Below, one piece after another: positions 9,028-18,676 of a stretch of DNA of 64,000 nucleotides. This stretch comes from Planctomycetota bacterium (GTDB lineage Bacteria > Planctomycetota > Planctomycetia > Gemmatales > Gemmataceae). The stretch lies in assembly GCA_021413735.1 (NCBI GenBank), contig JAIOPV010000276.1, positions 5,873 to 69,872 of the forward strand. Reading direction: 5' to 3'. The stretch's first letter is position 1, and the number at the start of each line of letters is the position of its first letter. A program made the translations under genes and the position numbers. The notes beneath the pieces are model-generated. The model was not told the DNA's origin. It saw nothing but the letters and a program-made list of their open reading frames with translations, and did not search any database.

Positions 9028-10338
9028 TCAATCGAGTCCCTTGAGCGGTCCGGTGCTGTCGCCCAGCGTCTTCGTCGTGGCACCGGCGCGTTCGAGCAGG
9101 GACAGCCAGAGGTTCGTGATCGGCGTGTTCGTCGGGTAGCGGACGTGGCGAGCTGGCTTGAGCGACCCGCCGCCCTTGCCGGCGAGCAGGATGGGCAAGT
9201 CCTTGTGGTCATGGCGGTCGCCGTCGCCCAGCCCGCTACCGTAGGCGATCATGCAGTTATCCAGCAGGTTCCCGTCGCCCTCCTTGACGGCCTTCAGTTT
9301 CCCCAGCAGGTAGGCGAACTGCGTGACGTGGTGCCGCTCGATCTTCATGATCTGCTCGACCGTCTCCACCCTGCCGCCGTGGTGCGACAGGTTGTGGTGC
9401 CCGCCCTTGACGCCGATCTCGGGGTACGACCGCCCGCTCCCCTCTGGCTCGAAGATGAACGTGCAGACGCGGGTCACGTCGGCCTGGAAGGCCAGCACCA
9501 TCATGTCGCCCATCAGTCGGACGTGCGGCGCGAACTCGGCCGGGATGCCGTCGCCAGGACGCGCCGCACCTTGGGGCGGGTTTGGCGCGGGCAACTCCTC
9601 GGTGCGGCCGACCCGCCGCTCGACGTCGCGGACCGCGGTGAGGTACTCGTCCAGCTTGTGCCGGTCGTCGCTGCTGACCCGTGTGCTCAGACTGGCCGCC
9701 TCACCCTGGACCGTGTCGAGGATGCTACGGCGTGCGGTGGCTTTCTTGCGGTCGGCCTGGCCGGTGCCGAACAGGCGGTCGAAGACGGCCCGCGGGGAAG
9801 GCTCCAGGGGCAGCGGCTGGGTGGGGGAGGGCCACGACAGCGTGCTGGACACCACGCACGGGAAGCCGTCGCAGGACGCCCCGCCGATCCGCTTGCTGCC
9901 GATCTCCAGCGACGGCAGCCGGGTCAGTTGCCCGATCTTGCTCGCGGCGATTTGGTCGGCGGAGACGCCGCAGCGGACGTCGCGCCGGGGCTGAGTGCCG
10001 GTGAGGAAGGCGGCCATCGCCGGGGCGTGGTTGCCGCCGTCGTGCCCGCCCTGCAACGCCGCCAGACCGGAAAGCACCGAGAAGTCCTCGCGAAAGTCCT
10101 TCAAGGGCGCGAGCAGATCGGGCAGTTCGTAATCGCCCCCCTCCTTCGCGGGCGTCCAGTGCTTCATCTGGATGCCGTTGGGGACGTAGACCCACGCCAG
10201 TCGGATCGGCGGTTTCGTCTTCTCGGCAGCGAGCGCACGCCACGGAGTCATCGCTTCCAACAACGGCAGAGCGATCGTGGCACCGACGCCGCGCAACACC
10301 GTGCGGCGAGACATGGGATGGCGGGGGATGGTGATCAT
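9028..10338 (-). CDS. DUF1552 protein, module 2
   Basis: Start MITIPRHPMSRRTVLRGVGATIALPLLEAM with ATGA overlap. Canonical HHNLSHH motif and GNLLDNCMIAYGSGLGDGDRHDH. Confidence 0.94.
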   Translation of the reverse strand: MITIPRHPMSRRTVLRGVGATIALPLLEAMTPWRALAAEKTKPPIRLAWVYVPNGIQMKHWTPAKEGGDYELPDLLAPLKDFREDFSVLSGLAALQGGHDGGNHAPAMAAFLTGTQPRRDVRCGVSADQIAASKIGQLTRLPSLEIGSKRIGGASCDGFPCVVSSTLSWPSPTQPLPLEPSPRAVFDRLFGTGQADRKKATARRSILDTVQGEAASLSTRVSSDDRHKLDEYLTAVRDVERRVGRTEELPAPNPPQGAARPGDGIPAEFAPHVRLMGDMMVLAFQADVTRVCTFIFEPEGSGRSYPEIGVKGGHHNLSHHGGRVETVEQIMKIERHHVTQFAYLLGKLKAVKEGDGNLLDNCMIAYGSGLGDGDRHDHKDLPILLAGKGGGSLKPARHVRYPTNTPITNLWLSLLERAGATTKTLGDSTGPLKGLD

Positions 10339-12674
10339 TTGGGAGTCTCCTTGGTTCCACGCCGCATGGTAAACGGGCTGCTCCGGACGACTTCGAAGAT
10401 CAGCCTCTGGAATCGGTAATTGTCTTTCGCCACGGCCGCCACGATGGCGTCCACCGTCGGCCCGTCGTGATCCCCCAGGCCGCGGCCCAGGGCGTAGGTG
10501 AGCATTTTCTCGGTCAGGCATTTGGTGAACTGGTCCTTCTTCCCCAACAGAACCTTCCGCAGTCCGTCGGTGCCCTGGAACTTCTGGCCGTTGGACAGTT
10601 CAGCGGCGTCGTCGACCGGAGCCTTGCCGTCCTTGTCGCGGTACTGGCCCAACACGTCGAACCGCTCCAGGGCGAAGCCGAGCGGGTCGATCTTCGCGTG
10701 GCAGGCGGCGCATCCGGGCTTGCTCCGGTGCAGTTCGAGCCGCCCGCGCACGGTCACCGGCTCCTTCACCGTTCCGGCCGCCGCCTGCTCCAGCGGCGGG
10801 ACGTCCGCCGGTGGGGGGGGCGTCGGGGACGCCAGGACGTTCTCCAGGATCCAGGTGCCGCGCTTGACCGGCGACGTGCGGTCCGGATTGCTGGTCATTG
10901 TCAGGACGCTGGCATGCGTCAGTACCCCGGCGCGGGGGCCGTCCGCGGGCAGCTCGACGCGGACGAAGGCGTGCGCGGGGACCGGGGCCGCCGTCCGCTT
11001 GTCGCGGCCGAACTGCGCCAGGCCGTAGTGCCGGGCCAGCCGCTCGTTGAGGAAGGTGTAGCGTCCGTCGAGGAAGTCGGTGATCGGGCGGTCCTTGCGG
11101 AGCACCTCGTCGCAGAAGAGCAGCGTCTCGCGGGCCATCGACTCGCGCAGGCGAACGTCGAGCTGCGGGCCGCGGGTGACGCGGGCCAGGTCGCGGATGT
11201 CCAGCCACTGCGGCGCGAAGTTCTCGACGAGGGCGTCCGACCGGTCGTCGGCCAGCATCCGGGTCACCTGGGCGTCCAGGTTCTTCGACAGCTCGCCCTT
11301 CGCGGCCAGGGGGAGCAACGCCTCGTCGGGCATGCTGCTCCAGAGGAAGTACGACAGCCGACTGGCGAGCTGGTACTCCGAGATCGGGTGCGATCCCTTC
11401 TCCTGCGGCCGGTCGTCCAGCTCCACGCGGAACAGGAAGTTCGGCGACACGAGGATCGCCTGGAGGCTGGTCCCGATGGCCGCTTCGAAGTTCTGCCCGG
11501 CCTCAAGCGAGCGGTCGTAGAGCTTCAGGTATCGGTCCACCTCCTCGGCCGTGGCGGGGCGGCGGAATGCACGGTCGGCGAAGCGGGTGAGGATCTCGCG
11601 GGCCTGCTCGCGCGGCTGTGCCTTCGGGTCGCACGCGAGAATCCGCCGACGGCTTTCGGGTTCGTCGTCGGTCGGCCCGACGAGGTCGATCGCGTGCAGC
11701 TCGAGGCCGGGGCGGTTATCCCGGTTGGCATCAACCTGCGGCGGATACGCCGCCTTCTTCTCCTCCAGCTCGGCCGGCGGGTTGAGCAGCCGCAGGCTCA
11801 CCCGGCGGTTGCCCTGCTTCAGGGCGACGGGGATCTCGTACCTCGTGTACGCCCCCTTCTCCGGGAACGCGAACGTCACCCGCTTCAGCTCCTTGCCGTC
11901 GACGATCACCGACACCTCCGGCGCCGGGTCGTCCTTCTTGACCGGCTTGCCCTCCACCCGCACGAGGTACTCGCCGTCGGCGGCGATACGGAACGTGGCG
12001 GCGACCGGCTCGGAGGTGAAGACGTACAGACGGTACGGCACCTTGCTCCCACTCACCATGAACTGCGCGAACCCGACGCGCTCGGCTGGCTTGGCGGGCT
12101 TGCCAGCTAGGGCTCGGGCGACCACCACCTCGGCAGCGTCGAGGTAGCGTTCCATCAGGAGTGGCGAGAGGGACAGTGCATCGCCCTGGTTGTCGAAGCC
12201 GTGACTGGGCTCGTCGGCGGGGAAGTTGTCGGCCGGCTCGAACTCGATGTGGCAGAGGTCGCGGACGGTGTTGTTGTACTCGGTCCGGTTGAGCCGGCGG
12301 ATCGTCACCCGTCCGGGGTCGCGGGGCTTGCCCGCGTCGGCCCGGAGGAAGGCGCCGCGGACCGCCTCAGCGAACGCCTCCCGCGCGTCGGCGGTCGGCT
12401 GTGGGGCACCCTTCGGCGGCATCTCACCGTCGCGCACGGCCCGGATCGCGTTCGACCACACCTTGCGGCCCGCGACCACGGTCGCCTCGTCCCGGAAACC
12501 GCTCAGGTCGAGGTCGCCCCGCTTCTTCTCGGCACTGTGGCACGACAGGCAGTACCTCTGCACGAACGCGGCACCGGGAACCGGCGCGGGCTTCTCGCCG
12601 GGCGGATCCGCGGCCCGGACCGACATCGGGGCCATCGCAACAAGGGCGACGAAAAGCAACTTCTGCCGCGTCAT
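10335..12674 (-). CDS. DUF1592-type diheme cytochrome c, module 2
   Basis: Start MTRQKLL with ATGA overlap. CLSCH, RRLNRTEYNNTVRDL, YQLASRLSYFLWSSMPD, TSPVKRG and CAACH. Confidence 0.94.
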   Translation of the reverse strand: MTRQKLLFVALVAMAPMSVRAADPPGEKPAPVPGAAFVQRYCLSCHSAEKKRGDLDLSGFRDEATVVAGRKVWSNAIRAVRDGEMPPKGAPQPTADAREAFAEAVRGAFLRADAGKPRDPGRVTIRRLNRTEYNNTVRDLCHIEFEPADNFPADEPSHGFDNQGDALSLSPLLMERYLDAAEVVVARALAGKPAKPAERVGFAQFMVSGSKVPYRLYVFTSEPVAATFRIAADGEYLVRVEGKPVKKDDPAPEVSVIVDGKELKRVTFAFPEKGAYTRYEIPVALKQGNRRVSLRLLNPPAELEEKKAAYPPQVDANRDNRPGLELHAIDLVGPTDDEPESRRRILACDPKAQPREQAREILTRFADRAFRRPATAEEVDRYLKLYDRSLEAGQNFEAAIGTSLQAILVSPNFLFRVELDDRPQEKGSHPISEYQLASRLSYFLWSSMPDEALLPLAAKGELSKNLDAQVTRMLADDRSDALVENFAPQWLDIRDLARVTRGPQLDVRLRESMARETLLFCDEVLRKDRPITDFLDGRYTFLNERLARHYGLAQFGRDKRTAAPVPAHAFVRVELPADGPRAGVLTHASVLTMTSNPDRTSPVKRGTWILENVLASPTPPPPADVPPLEQAAAGTVKEPVTVRGRLELHRSKPGCAACHAKIDPLGFALERFDVLGQYRDKDGKAPVDDAAELSNGQKFQGTDGLRKVLLGKKDQFTKCLTEKMLTYALGRGLGDHDGPTVDAIVAAVAKDNYRFQRLIFEVVRSSPFTMRRGTKETPK

Positions 12675-13606
12675 TTCGTCGCCTCGTTCATTCGCCGCAG
12701 GATCCACATGTTGCGGTTGCCGTCAGAGCCGAAGTGCTCGGGTGGCTTGCGCAGTTCCTGCTTCTCCACCGCGTCTTTCGCCCAGCCACCTTCCGGGTAG
12801 ACGACCATCAGCAGGTCATCGCCGAAAAACGTGTACAGGCTGGGCGAGCGGCCCTGGTTCCCCTCGATGCCGCTGCGGAAGGTCAGGTCGATCCGCCCGC
12901 GGTCGGCCTGCGGTTCGACCAGCTTCCAGGTGCCGTCCATGCCCGGCTTGGCGTCCGACTTGAGCGTGCCACGCTTGAAGAAGTCGGTTGCCGTGAACTC
13001 GACGTTTCCTTGCGGGCGGGTGCGGGCACAGTTCGCGTCGTCGAGTTCGCCCAGAACAGCCCACTTGCCGACGAACCGCTTCGCGTCGGCCGCCGGATCG
13101 GGTTTCTGGGCTGCCGGCACCGCCTTCCGCTGGCAGATGAAGATCACGTCCGACGGAGCGGCCCCGCTGTAGGTGCCGTTGCGGTTGCCCTTGTACTCGG
13201 CGACCTCGACGAGCAGCAGCAGCACGTCGTTGTCGGTGATGCGCCAGCGGGCCGCGAGTTTCGCGTCTGGCTTCGGGCACAGGCTGCCAGTTACGATGCT
13301 GGTCAACTCGTTGGAGTCGGCCTGTTTTTTCGTCGGGTCGGCTGCGGCGTGGGCACACTTCACACTCACGAGCGGCGTGTCGGCCTTCTCCGGGTCGTGC
13401 CAAACCACGCCGTCGGCCGCGACCGCGACCCGCGAGCCGACCCGCTTCCCCTGGGCAATGTTCTTGTTGTTCTGATGCGCGGCGAGGACGTACCAGTCGC
13501 CTTGCGCCTCTTTCGTGAAGGCGGGTGGGGGATCGACGGCGGGTGCGGCCGAGGAGCCGAACAGGCACACCGACAGAACGAGCCAGGCGGTTCCGAGCGG
13601 TTTCAT
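12671..13606 (-). CDS. TIGR03067-domain protein (two domains), secreted
   Basis: Start MKPLGTAW (signal peptide). Two repeats beginning QGDWYVL and VGKWAVL, with IDLTF and ending SDGNRNMWILRR. Paralog of 18673-19575. Confidence 0.7.
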   Translation of the reverse strand: MKPLGTAWLVLSVCLFGSSAAPAVDPPPAFTKEAQGDWYVLAAHQNNKNIAQGKRVGSRVAVAADGVVWHDPEKADTPLVSVKCAHAAADPTKKQADSNELTSIVTGSLCPKPDAKLAARWRITDNDVLLLLVEVAEYKGNRNGTYSGAAPSDVIFICQRKAVPAAQKPDPAADAKRFVGKWAVLGELDDANCARTRPQGNVEFTATDFFKRGTLKSDAKPGMDGTWKLVEPQADRGRIDLTFRSGIEGNQGRSPSLYTFFGDDLLMVVYPEGGWAKDAVEKQELRKPPEHFGSDGNRNMWILRRMNEATK

Positions 13607-14697
13607 TTCGCGGTCTCCTGTTCGAGCCAACGCACCTCACGCAGCACCGTGCCGGGCTTGGCGGTGATCTTCACCGGCGAAGGGGCCGAACCGACTTTGG
13701 TCGTCATCACCGTTTGGCCGGTCATCCAGACCCGCAGCTCGCCGTCCTTGCGGCGTAGATCGACGCTGAACCAGAATGGTTCGGTGACCTTCTTTTCCGG
13801 CCCTTCGATCTTTCCTCGATAAGGCACATCGTTGCCGTGGGCGGTCTGATCGCCGAGCGAAGCGGTCGGATAGCGGAAGAGGTCGGCCCGGCCCTGTGTC
13901 GCGCCCTTCACCTTGTCCGGCGTCACCGCACCGAGTTCGAGCACCTTTCCGTCACCGAGATCGACCTTCACCGCGCCCGGTTCGACGGCCATGAACCAGA
14001 ACCGCAGTCGTTGCCACTTCGCATCGGCGGACAGGCTCCCTTCTTCCTTTTCAGCGGTCCACAGCGGGCGCTTGCCTTGTCCGATGGGGCCGACCGTCAA
14101 GTTCCTGGCAGTCGCCTTGTCGCCCGCGGTGAAGCCTTCCTCGCGCATCAGGACGTAGAGCTTGTCGGATTCTTCGCGATAGCCGTCGATCATCGTTCCC
14201 TGTTTGACGCCGGGCCGGGCGCGGCTGTTGTCGAGCGCCAGGGAAATGTCTTTCCCACTTTTCATGTTGAGCGTGATGCGGAGTTCGTCGCCGTCGATGC
14301 GATAGGCACCGTTCAAGGGAAGCGGGGTGTCTCCGTCGCGAAAGAGCGGATGGTTCCTCTTCGGGTTCAGCAGATGAATTCGCTTGGGCTCCTTGCCCGG
14401 ATCGAGTTTGATCTGGTCGTCGTTGTGCATGAAGCCGGCGCTGCCGAACACCTGATAGCGGAACAGGTTGTCGGTGATGGTGATTTCAGCCGGCCCCTTG
14501 CCTCCGAGCGTGGCGTCGTAGCCGTCGTCCTGCCACGACAGGAGAATCCAGCGGCCCTGCATCGCCTTGAGGTCGGCGGCCACCTTGTCCTTGTCTTCGG
14601 CGAACGCTGGAGCGCCCAACCAGGGAAGAGCCAGACACGCGCCGGAAGCTCGGAGGAACCGGCGTCGAGTGGTTGAGGAACTTGTCATGGCAGTCAT
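13603..14697 (-). CDS. TIGR03067-domain protein with a twin-arginine, DUF1552-like leader and an unknown C-terminal domain
   Basis: TRRRFLRASGACLALPWL leader, followed by DLKAMQGRWIL, IKLDPGKEPKRIHL and GAYRIDGDELRI. Confidence 0.75.
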   Translation of the reverse strand: MTAMTSSSTTRRRFLRASGACLALPWLGAPAFAEDKDKVAADLKAMQGRWILLSWQDDGYDATLGGKGPAEITITDNLFRYQVFGSAGFMHNDDQIKLDPGKEPKRIHLLNPKRNHPLFRDGDTPLPLNGAYRIDGDELRITLNMKSGKDISLALDNSRARPGVKQGTMIDGYREESDKLYVLMREEGFTAGDKATARNLTVGPIGQGKRPLWTAEKEEGSLSADAKWQRLRFWFMAVEPGAVKVDLGDGKVLELGAVTPDKVKGATQGRADLFRYPTASLGDQTAHGNDVPYRGKIEGPEKKVTEPFWFSVDLRRKDGELRVWMTGQTVMTTKVGSAPSPVKITAKPGTVLREVRWLEQETAK

Positions 14698-14718
14698 TCC
14701 TTGGGGATGCTTGAAACC

Positions 14719-16068
14719 TCAGGCCAGCAATTCATCCAGCGTGCGTCGGCTCTCGCCGAAGCCCTTCGCCTCGACGCCCATCCGTTCGGCGATCGTGCGG
14801 AGCAGGTCGGACACGCACGCCGGGTTCTTGCCGAAGTCTTTGTTCACGGGTGGCGCCTTGCCCTCGACGGCGATCACCGGCGCCTGACTGTTGAACGCGA
14901 GATGCCGGCCCTGCACGAACCCCAGCCCCTCGCCGCCCGCGAGCAGGAGCGGCAGGTTGTCGCTGCGGTGGAACGCGGGCCACGACATCCCGCGGCCAAA
15001 GAAGACGGCCGTGTTGCGGAGAAGGTCCGCTCCGCCCTCCTTCGCCGCGCTGAGTCGTTCGAGGAACCGGGCCAGCCGCTCGTGCCACCATGTGTCGTAC
15101 GCACTCAGCACGCCGAACGCCTTCGGCTCGGCGGTCTCGACCTTATCGTTCGTGTTGTGCCCCTGCCCGTGCCAATCCCCGCCGAGCGACTTCAGGGGAC
15201 CGCCGCCCTCTGAGCGGGTCGAAGTGAACGTGACCACCCGTGTGCTGTCCGTTTGCAACGCGAGGTAGATCAGCTCGAACATCGTGTCCACGTAGTCGTC
15301 CTGCTGATCGCCCTTGTAGGGGTCGGCGTTCAACGTCAGCCGCTTCTCGTCCGCGGCGGCCTTCGGCGTCTCCTTGAACGCGAGGTCGGCCTTCACCCGC
15401 TTCTCGACGGCGCGAACCGATTCGAGGTACTCGTCCAGCTTCCGTTCGTCGCCCGTGCCGAGTTTGCCGCGAAGGTCGGCGGCCTGTTCGGAGACGAGGT
15501 CGAGCACGCTCGCACGGTGCTTCAACCGGCCGTGGGGATCCGCCCCGACCAGCTCGTCGAAGATGTTCTTCAGGTCGAAATCGGCCAGCACCGGCTCGCC
15601 CTGCCGATTGAAGGAACCGGTCATCCGCCCGCCGTCGGCACCGACCACGAGGCTCGGCCACCGCGTCTGCTTGCCCGTGGCCTCGGCGATGTGCTGGTCG
15701 ATGGAAATGGTGTTGGGGCGAACGGCCGTGTGCTTGTTGGCGACCTCGCTGTTGACGTTCCCGGTGAGCATGTGAGCCCACTCCTCGTGCCCACCCTTCA
15801 CCTTGAAGTGCTGAAGGCCCGACAGGACGGTAAGCCGGTCGCGGACCGAGGCGAACGGCTTGAGCGAGGGCGTCAGCTCGTAGTCGCGACCGGTCTTGGC
15901 CGGGTGGAACTGCCACATGTTCACACCGTTGGGGACGAACACGAACACGGCCCGCTTCAGGGTATTTGAGGCCGGAGCCGCGCCCGCGAACACTTCGAGC
16001 CACGGCAGCGCAAGGCACACGCCGGAGGCACGCAGGAAGTTCCGTCGGGAAATCGGGATCGGGGTCAT
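14719..16068 (-). CDS. DUF1552 protein, module 3
   Basis: Start MTPIPISRRNFLRASGVCLALPWLE after an AGGAG RBS. PNGVNM, DSTRVVTF and variant motif WHGQGH. Confidence 0.92.
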   Translation of the reverse strand: MTPIPISRRNFLRASGVCLALPWLEVFAGAAPASNTLKRAVFVFVPNGVNMWQFHPAKTGRDYELTPSLKPFASVRDRLTVLSGLQHFKVKGGHEEWAHMLTGNVNSEVANKHTAVRPNTISIDQHIAEATGKQTRWPSLVVGADGGRMTGSFNRQGEPVLADFDLKNIFDELVGADPHGRLKHRASVLDLVSEQAADLRGKLGTGDERKLDEYLESVRAVEKRVKADLAFKETPKAAADEKRLTLNADPYKGDQQDDYVDTMFELIYLALQTDSTRVVTFTSTRSEGGGPLKSLGGDWHGQGHNTNDKVETAEPKAFGVLSAYDTWWHERLARFLERLSAAKEGGADLLRNTAVFFGRGMSWPAFHRSDNLPLLLAGGEGLGFVQGRHLAFNSQAPVIAVEGKAPPVNKDFGKNPACVSDLLRTIAERMGVEAKGFGESRRTLDELLA

Positions 16069-16087
16069 GGCAACTCCTGTTTCAATC

Positions 16088-18676
16088 TCACTTGTTTCGG
16101 AACGGTTCGGAGAGCACCATCGCAAGAAGCAGGGCACGCACCCCGCCGCCGTATTTCGCCGCCGCAGTCCGGATGGTCTTCAGGTGGACCTCATCGCCGT
16201 GGTCAAGGCTGCGGCCGAGGACGTAGGTGTAGAGCCGCTGCGAGAACGCGACCGCGAACCGGCTTTCCAGTTCTCCCTGTGCCATCAACTTGCGGAACTC
16301 GCTGAAGTTGGCGAAGGTGGCCTTATCCGGCAGCGTGCCGCTCGAATCGAAGGCAACGAGCTTGCCCTGTTTGTCGCGTTTCGGTTGCCCGTACATGTCG
16401 AACTCATCCCACACGAAGCCGAGCGGGTCGATGCGCTGGTGGCAGACGGCACAGGTGGCGATCGTGCGGTGTTTGTCGAGGTGCTGCCGGGCGGTGAGCG
16501 CCCGCAGGCTCTTGTCTTCGGCCAGTTGCACGTCGAGGGGCTTGATGTCCACATTCCCCGGCGGGGATGGGATGTCGATGCCGAGGAATCGCTCGACAAG
16601 GTACACCCCTCGTTTGATCTCCCCACGTTCCTGAGCGTGCGTGGCCGCGGCGATGCACCCGGCTTGCGTGAGCAATCCGCCCCGCCGGTTTTCTGGAGCC
16701 GCGACCCGTCGCCAGCCCGTTCCCTTGGGAAGCGCGACTCCGTAGTACTGCGCGAGCCGGTCGTTCACCACGACGTGATCCGCGGCAATGAGCGAATTCA
16801 CCGGGCGGTCGTTCCGGAGGGCGTCGAGCAGGACGTGGGCCGGTTCGGCGGCGAGGTCGCGGCGGATCGCCTTGTCGTACCACGCCAGTTCGCTCGTGTC
16901 GTCGATGATGCGGGTGGGCCGCGTGACCGGCGGCGCGAGGTGATCGATCACGTCGAGGTCGAGCCACTGCCGGGTGAACTCCCGCGTAAACCCGAAGGCT
17001 CGCTCGTCTGCCAGTAGGCGGTCGAGTTGCTTCGTCAGTTCCGCGTCCGTGAGAATCGAGCCGTCGCCGCCGCGGGCGAGGAGTTCCGCGTCCGGGGTGG
17101 TGTTCCACGCGAGGTACGACAGGCGCGACGCCACCTCCCACGCGGTCAGCGGCTTGCGCTCAGTGGCCCGCGGCTCGATCAGGTAAAGAACCTGCGGCGA
17201 GACGAGCGCGGCAGCCACGGCAGTCTTGTAGGCATCGACGAACCCGCGACCGGCGGCCCGCTGGTCGCGATACAGCTTCACGAAGGCGTCCAGCTCGCGG
17301 TCCTCGACCGGCCGCCGGAACGCCCGCGAAAGGAACGCCCTCAGGGCGCGTTTCGCGCGCGCCTCGTCGTCCTCGCCGTCGCGCGGCGCGAGCAGCACCA
17401 CCTCGCTCTTCGGCGGCCACGTCGGTGAGGCGTCCAGTTCGAGGCAGAACGATTCCAGCAGCAGACGGTTTCGCTTGAGGTACGTCTCCCGCTTCTTGGA
17501 GTCGTAAGCCTCGGGCGTTGCCGTCGGGGCGAGTGGTGCCGCGGCGTTGTCGATCTGTACGAGCAACCGCTTCTCGCGGCGGAACGACTTCCAGTCGCAC
17601 TCGGCCAGCACCAGCGGCACTTCCAGCACATACTCCTTCGTCTCGGTGGCTGTCACGGTCACTTGGGCCACCGGATAGGCGACGTTCCCCGGCCCCTGCG
17701 GCCCGCCGAAGCTGAGCCGCAACACTGGGGCGCTGTCGTCGTGGTCCATCACCGCGGCCGCGCGGACACGCACCCGGAGCACGCCGCCTTCGGGAACGAA
17801 CGGCAGCGCCAGCGTGACCGCGTTGCGGTTCACGCCGATGAGGATCGGGTTCGGCCCCAGCATCAACCCGCGGACGGGATCGAGGTGTTCGACCGCCAGC
17901 GGGCTGTTGGGGCCGCCCTGCACGCCGAGTTTGGCCGGGTCGCCGCCCTTCGCGTGTGCGGGAATCACCACGTTGCCAATGCCCGGACCGCGCTGCCCCT
18001 TGCGGTTCGCTTCGGGCATTGCCAAGAACGCCCGGAGCTTCTCGGCGACGACGGAGCGCAGGTCCACGTCGTACCGGAACGGCTTGACCGTGCCCTCCGC
18101 GGGGAGCGCGACCGCGAGCAGGTCTTCGGCGAGGTCGAGGCTCCGGCGGAGCAGCAGCGCCTGCGTGACCTGGGAGTTGCTGTCGTTGCTGAAGGTGTTG
18201 GCGATAGCGTCGCTCGGCAGTCGCGTGCCGAGGTCGCCGGTGGCGTGCGGAAACGACAGGCCGAGCAAGTCGTGAAGGGTGGCGACGTACTCGCGGTTGG
18301 TGAGCCGCCGCAGGGCACGCCGGCCGACCCCACCACGGGTGACGACGGCGGCCCGCGCCGCGGCGTCCTCGATCCAGCTCATGGTGGCAAGCAGTTCATC
18401 GGCGGTGGGCCGCGGCTTCCCCTCCGGCGGCATCTCACCCTGGGCGAGCATCCGCCGCGCCAGGAGCCACTTCTCGGCCACCTTCGGGTCGGTCAGGTCG
18501 GGGGCGGGCCCGTCGAACCGCACCCCGCCCTTGGGCTTCTCGGCCCCGTGGCAGGCGACGCAGTGTTTGACGAGCAGCGGTTTCACCGCTCGGTCATAGT
18601 CGGCCCTGTCGTCGGCCCGCGACGGCGCACCAACCGTGAGTATCACGATGGCCGCGGCAAAAATGCTGCGGGTCAT
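16088..18676 (-). CDS. DUF1592-type diheme cytochrome c, module 3
   Basis: 862 aa. CVACH, RRLTNREY, EVASRLSYLAW, RRGGLLTQAG and CAVCH. Confidence 0.93.
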   Translation of the reverse strand: MTRSIFAAAIVILTVGAPSRADDRADYDRAVKPLLVKHCVACHGAEKPKGGVRFDGPAPDLTDPKVAEKWLLARRMLAQGEMPPEGKPRPTADELLATMSWIEDAAARAAVVTRGGVGRRALRRLTNREYVATLHDLLGLSFPHATGDLGTRLPSDAIANTFSNDSNSQVTQALLLRRSLDLAEDLLAVALPAEGTVKPFRYDVDLRSVVAEKLRAFLAMPEANRKGQRGPGIGNVVIPAHAKGGDPAKLGVQGGPNSPLAVEHLDPVRGLMLGPNPILIGVNRNAVTLALPFVPEGGVLRVRVRAAAVMDHDDSAPVLRLSFGGPQGPGNVAYPVAQVTVTATETKEYVLEVPLVLAECDWKSFRREKRLLVQIDNAAAPLAPTATPEAYDSKKRETYLKRNRLLLESFCLELDASPTWPPKSEVVLLAPRDGEDDEARAKRALRAFLSRAFRRPVEDRELDAFVKLYRDQRAAGRGFVDAYKTAVAAALVSPQVLYLIEPRATERKPLTAWEVASRLSYLAWNTTPDAELLARGGDGSILTDAELTKQLDRLLADERAFGFTREFTRQWLDLDVIDHLAPPVTRPTRIIDDTSELAWYDKAIRRDLAAEPAHVLLDALRNDRPVNSLIAADHVVVNDRLAQYYGVALPKGTGWRRVAAPENRRGGLLTQAGCIAAATHAQERGEIKRGVYLVERFLGIDIPSPPGNVDIKPLDVQLAEDKSLRALTARQHLDKHRTIATCAVCHQRIDPLGFVWDEFDMYGQPKRDKQGKLVAFDSSGTLPDKATFANFSEFRKLMAQGELESRFAVAFSQRLYTYVLGRSLDHGDEVHLKTIRTAAAKYGGGVRALLLAMVLSEPFRNK

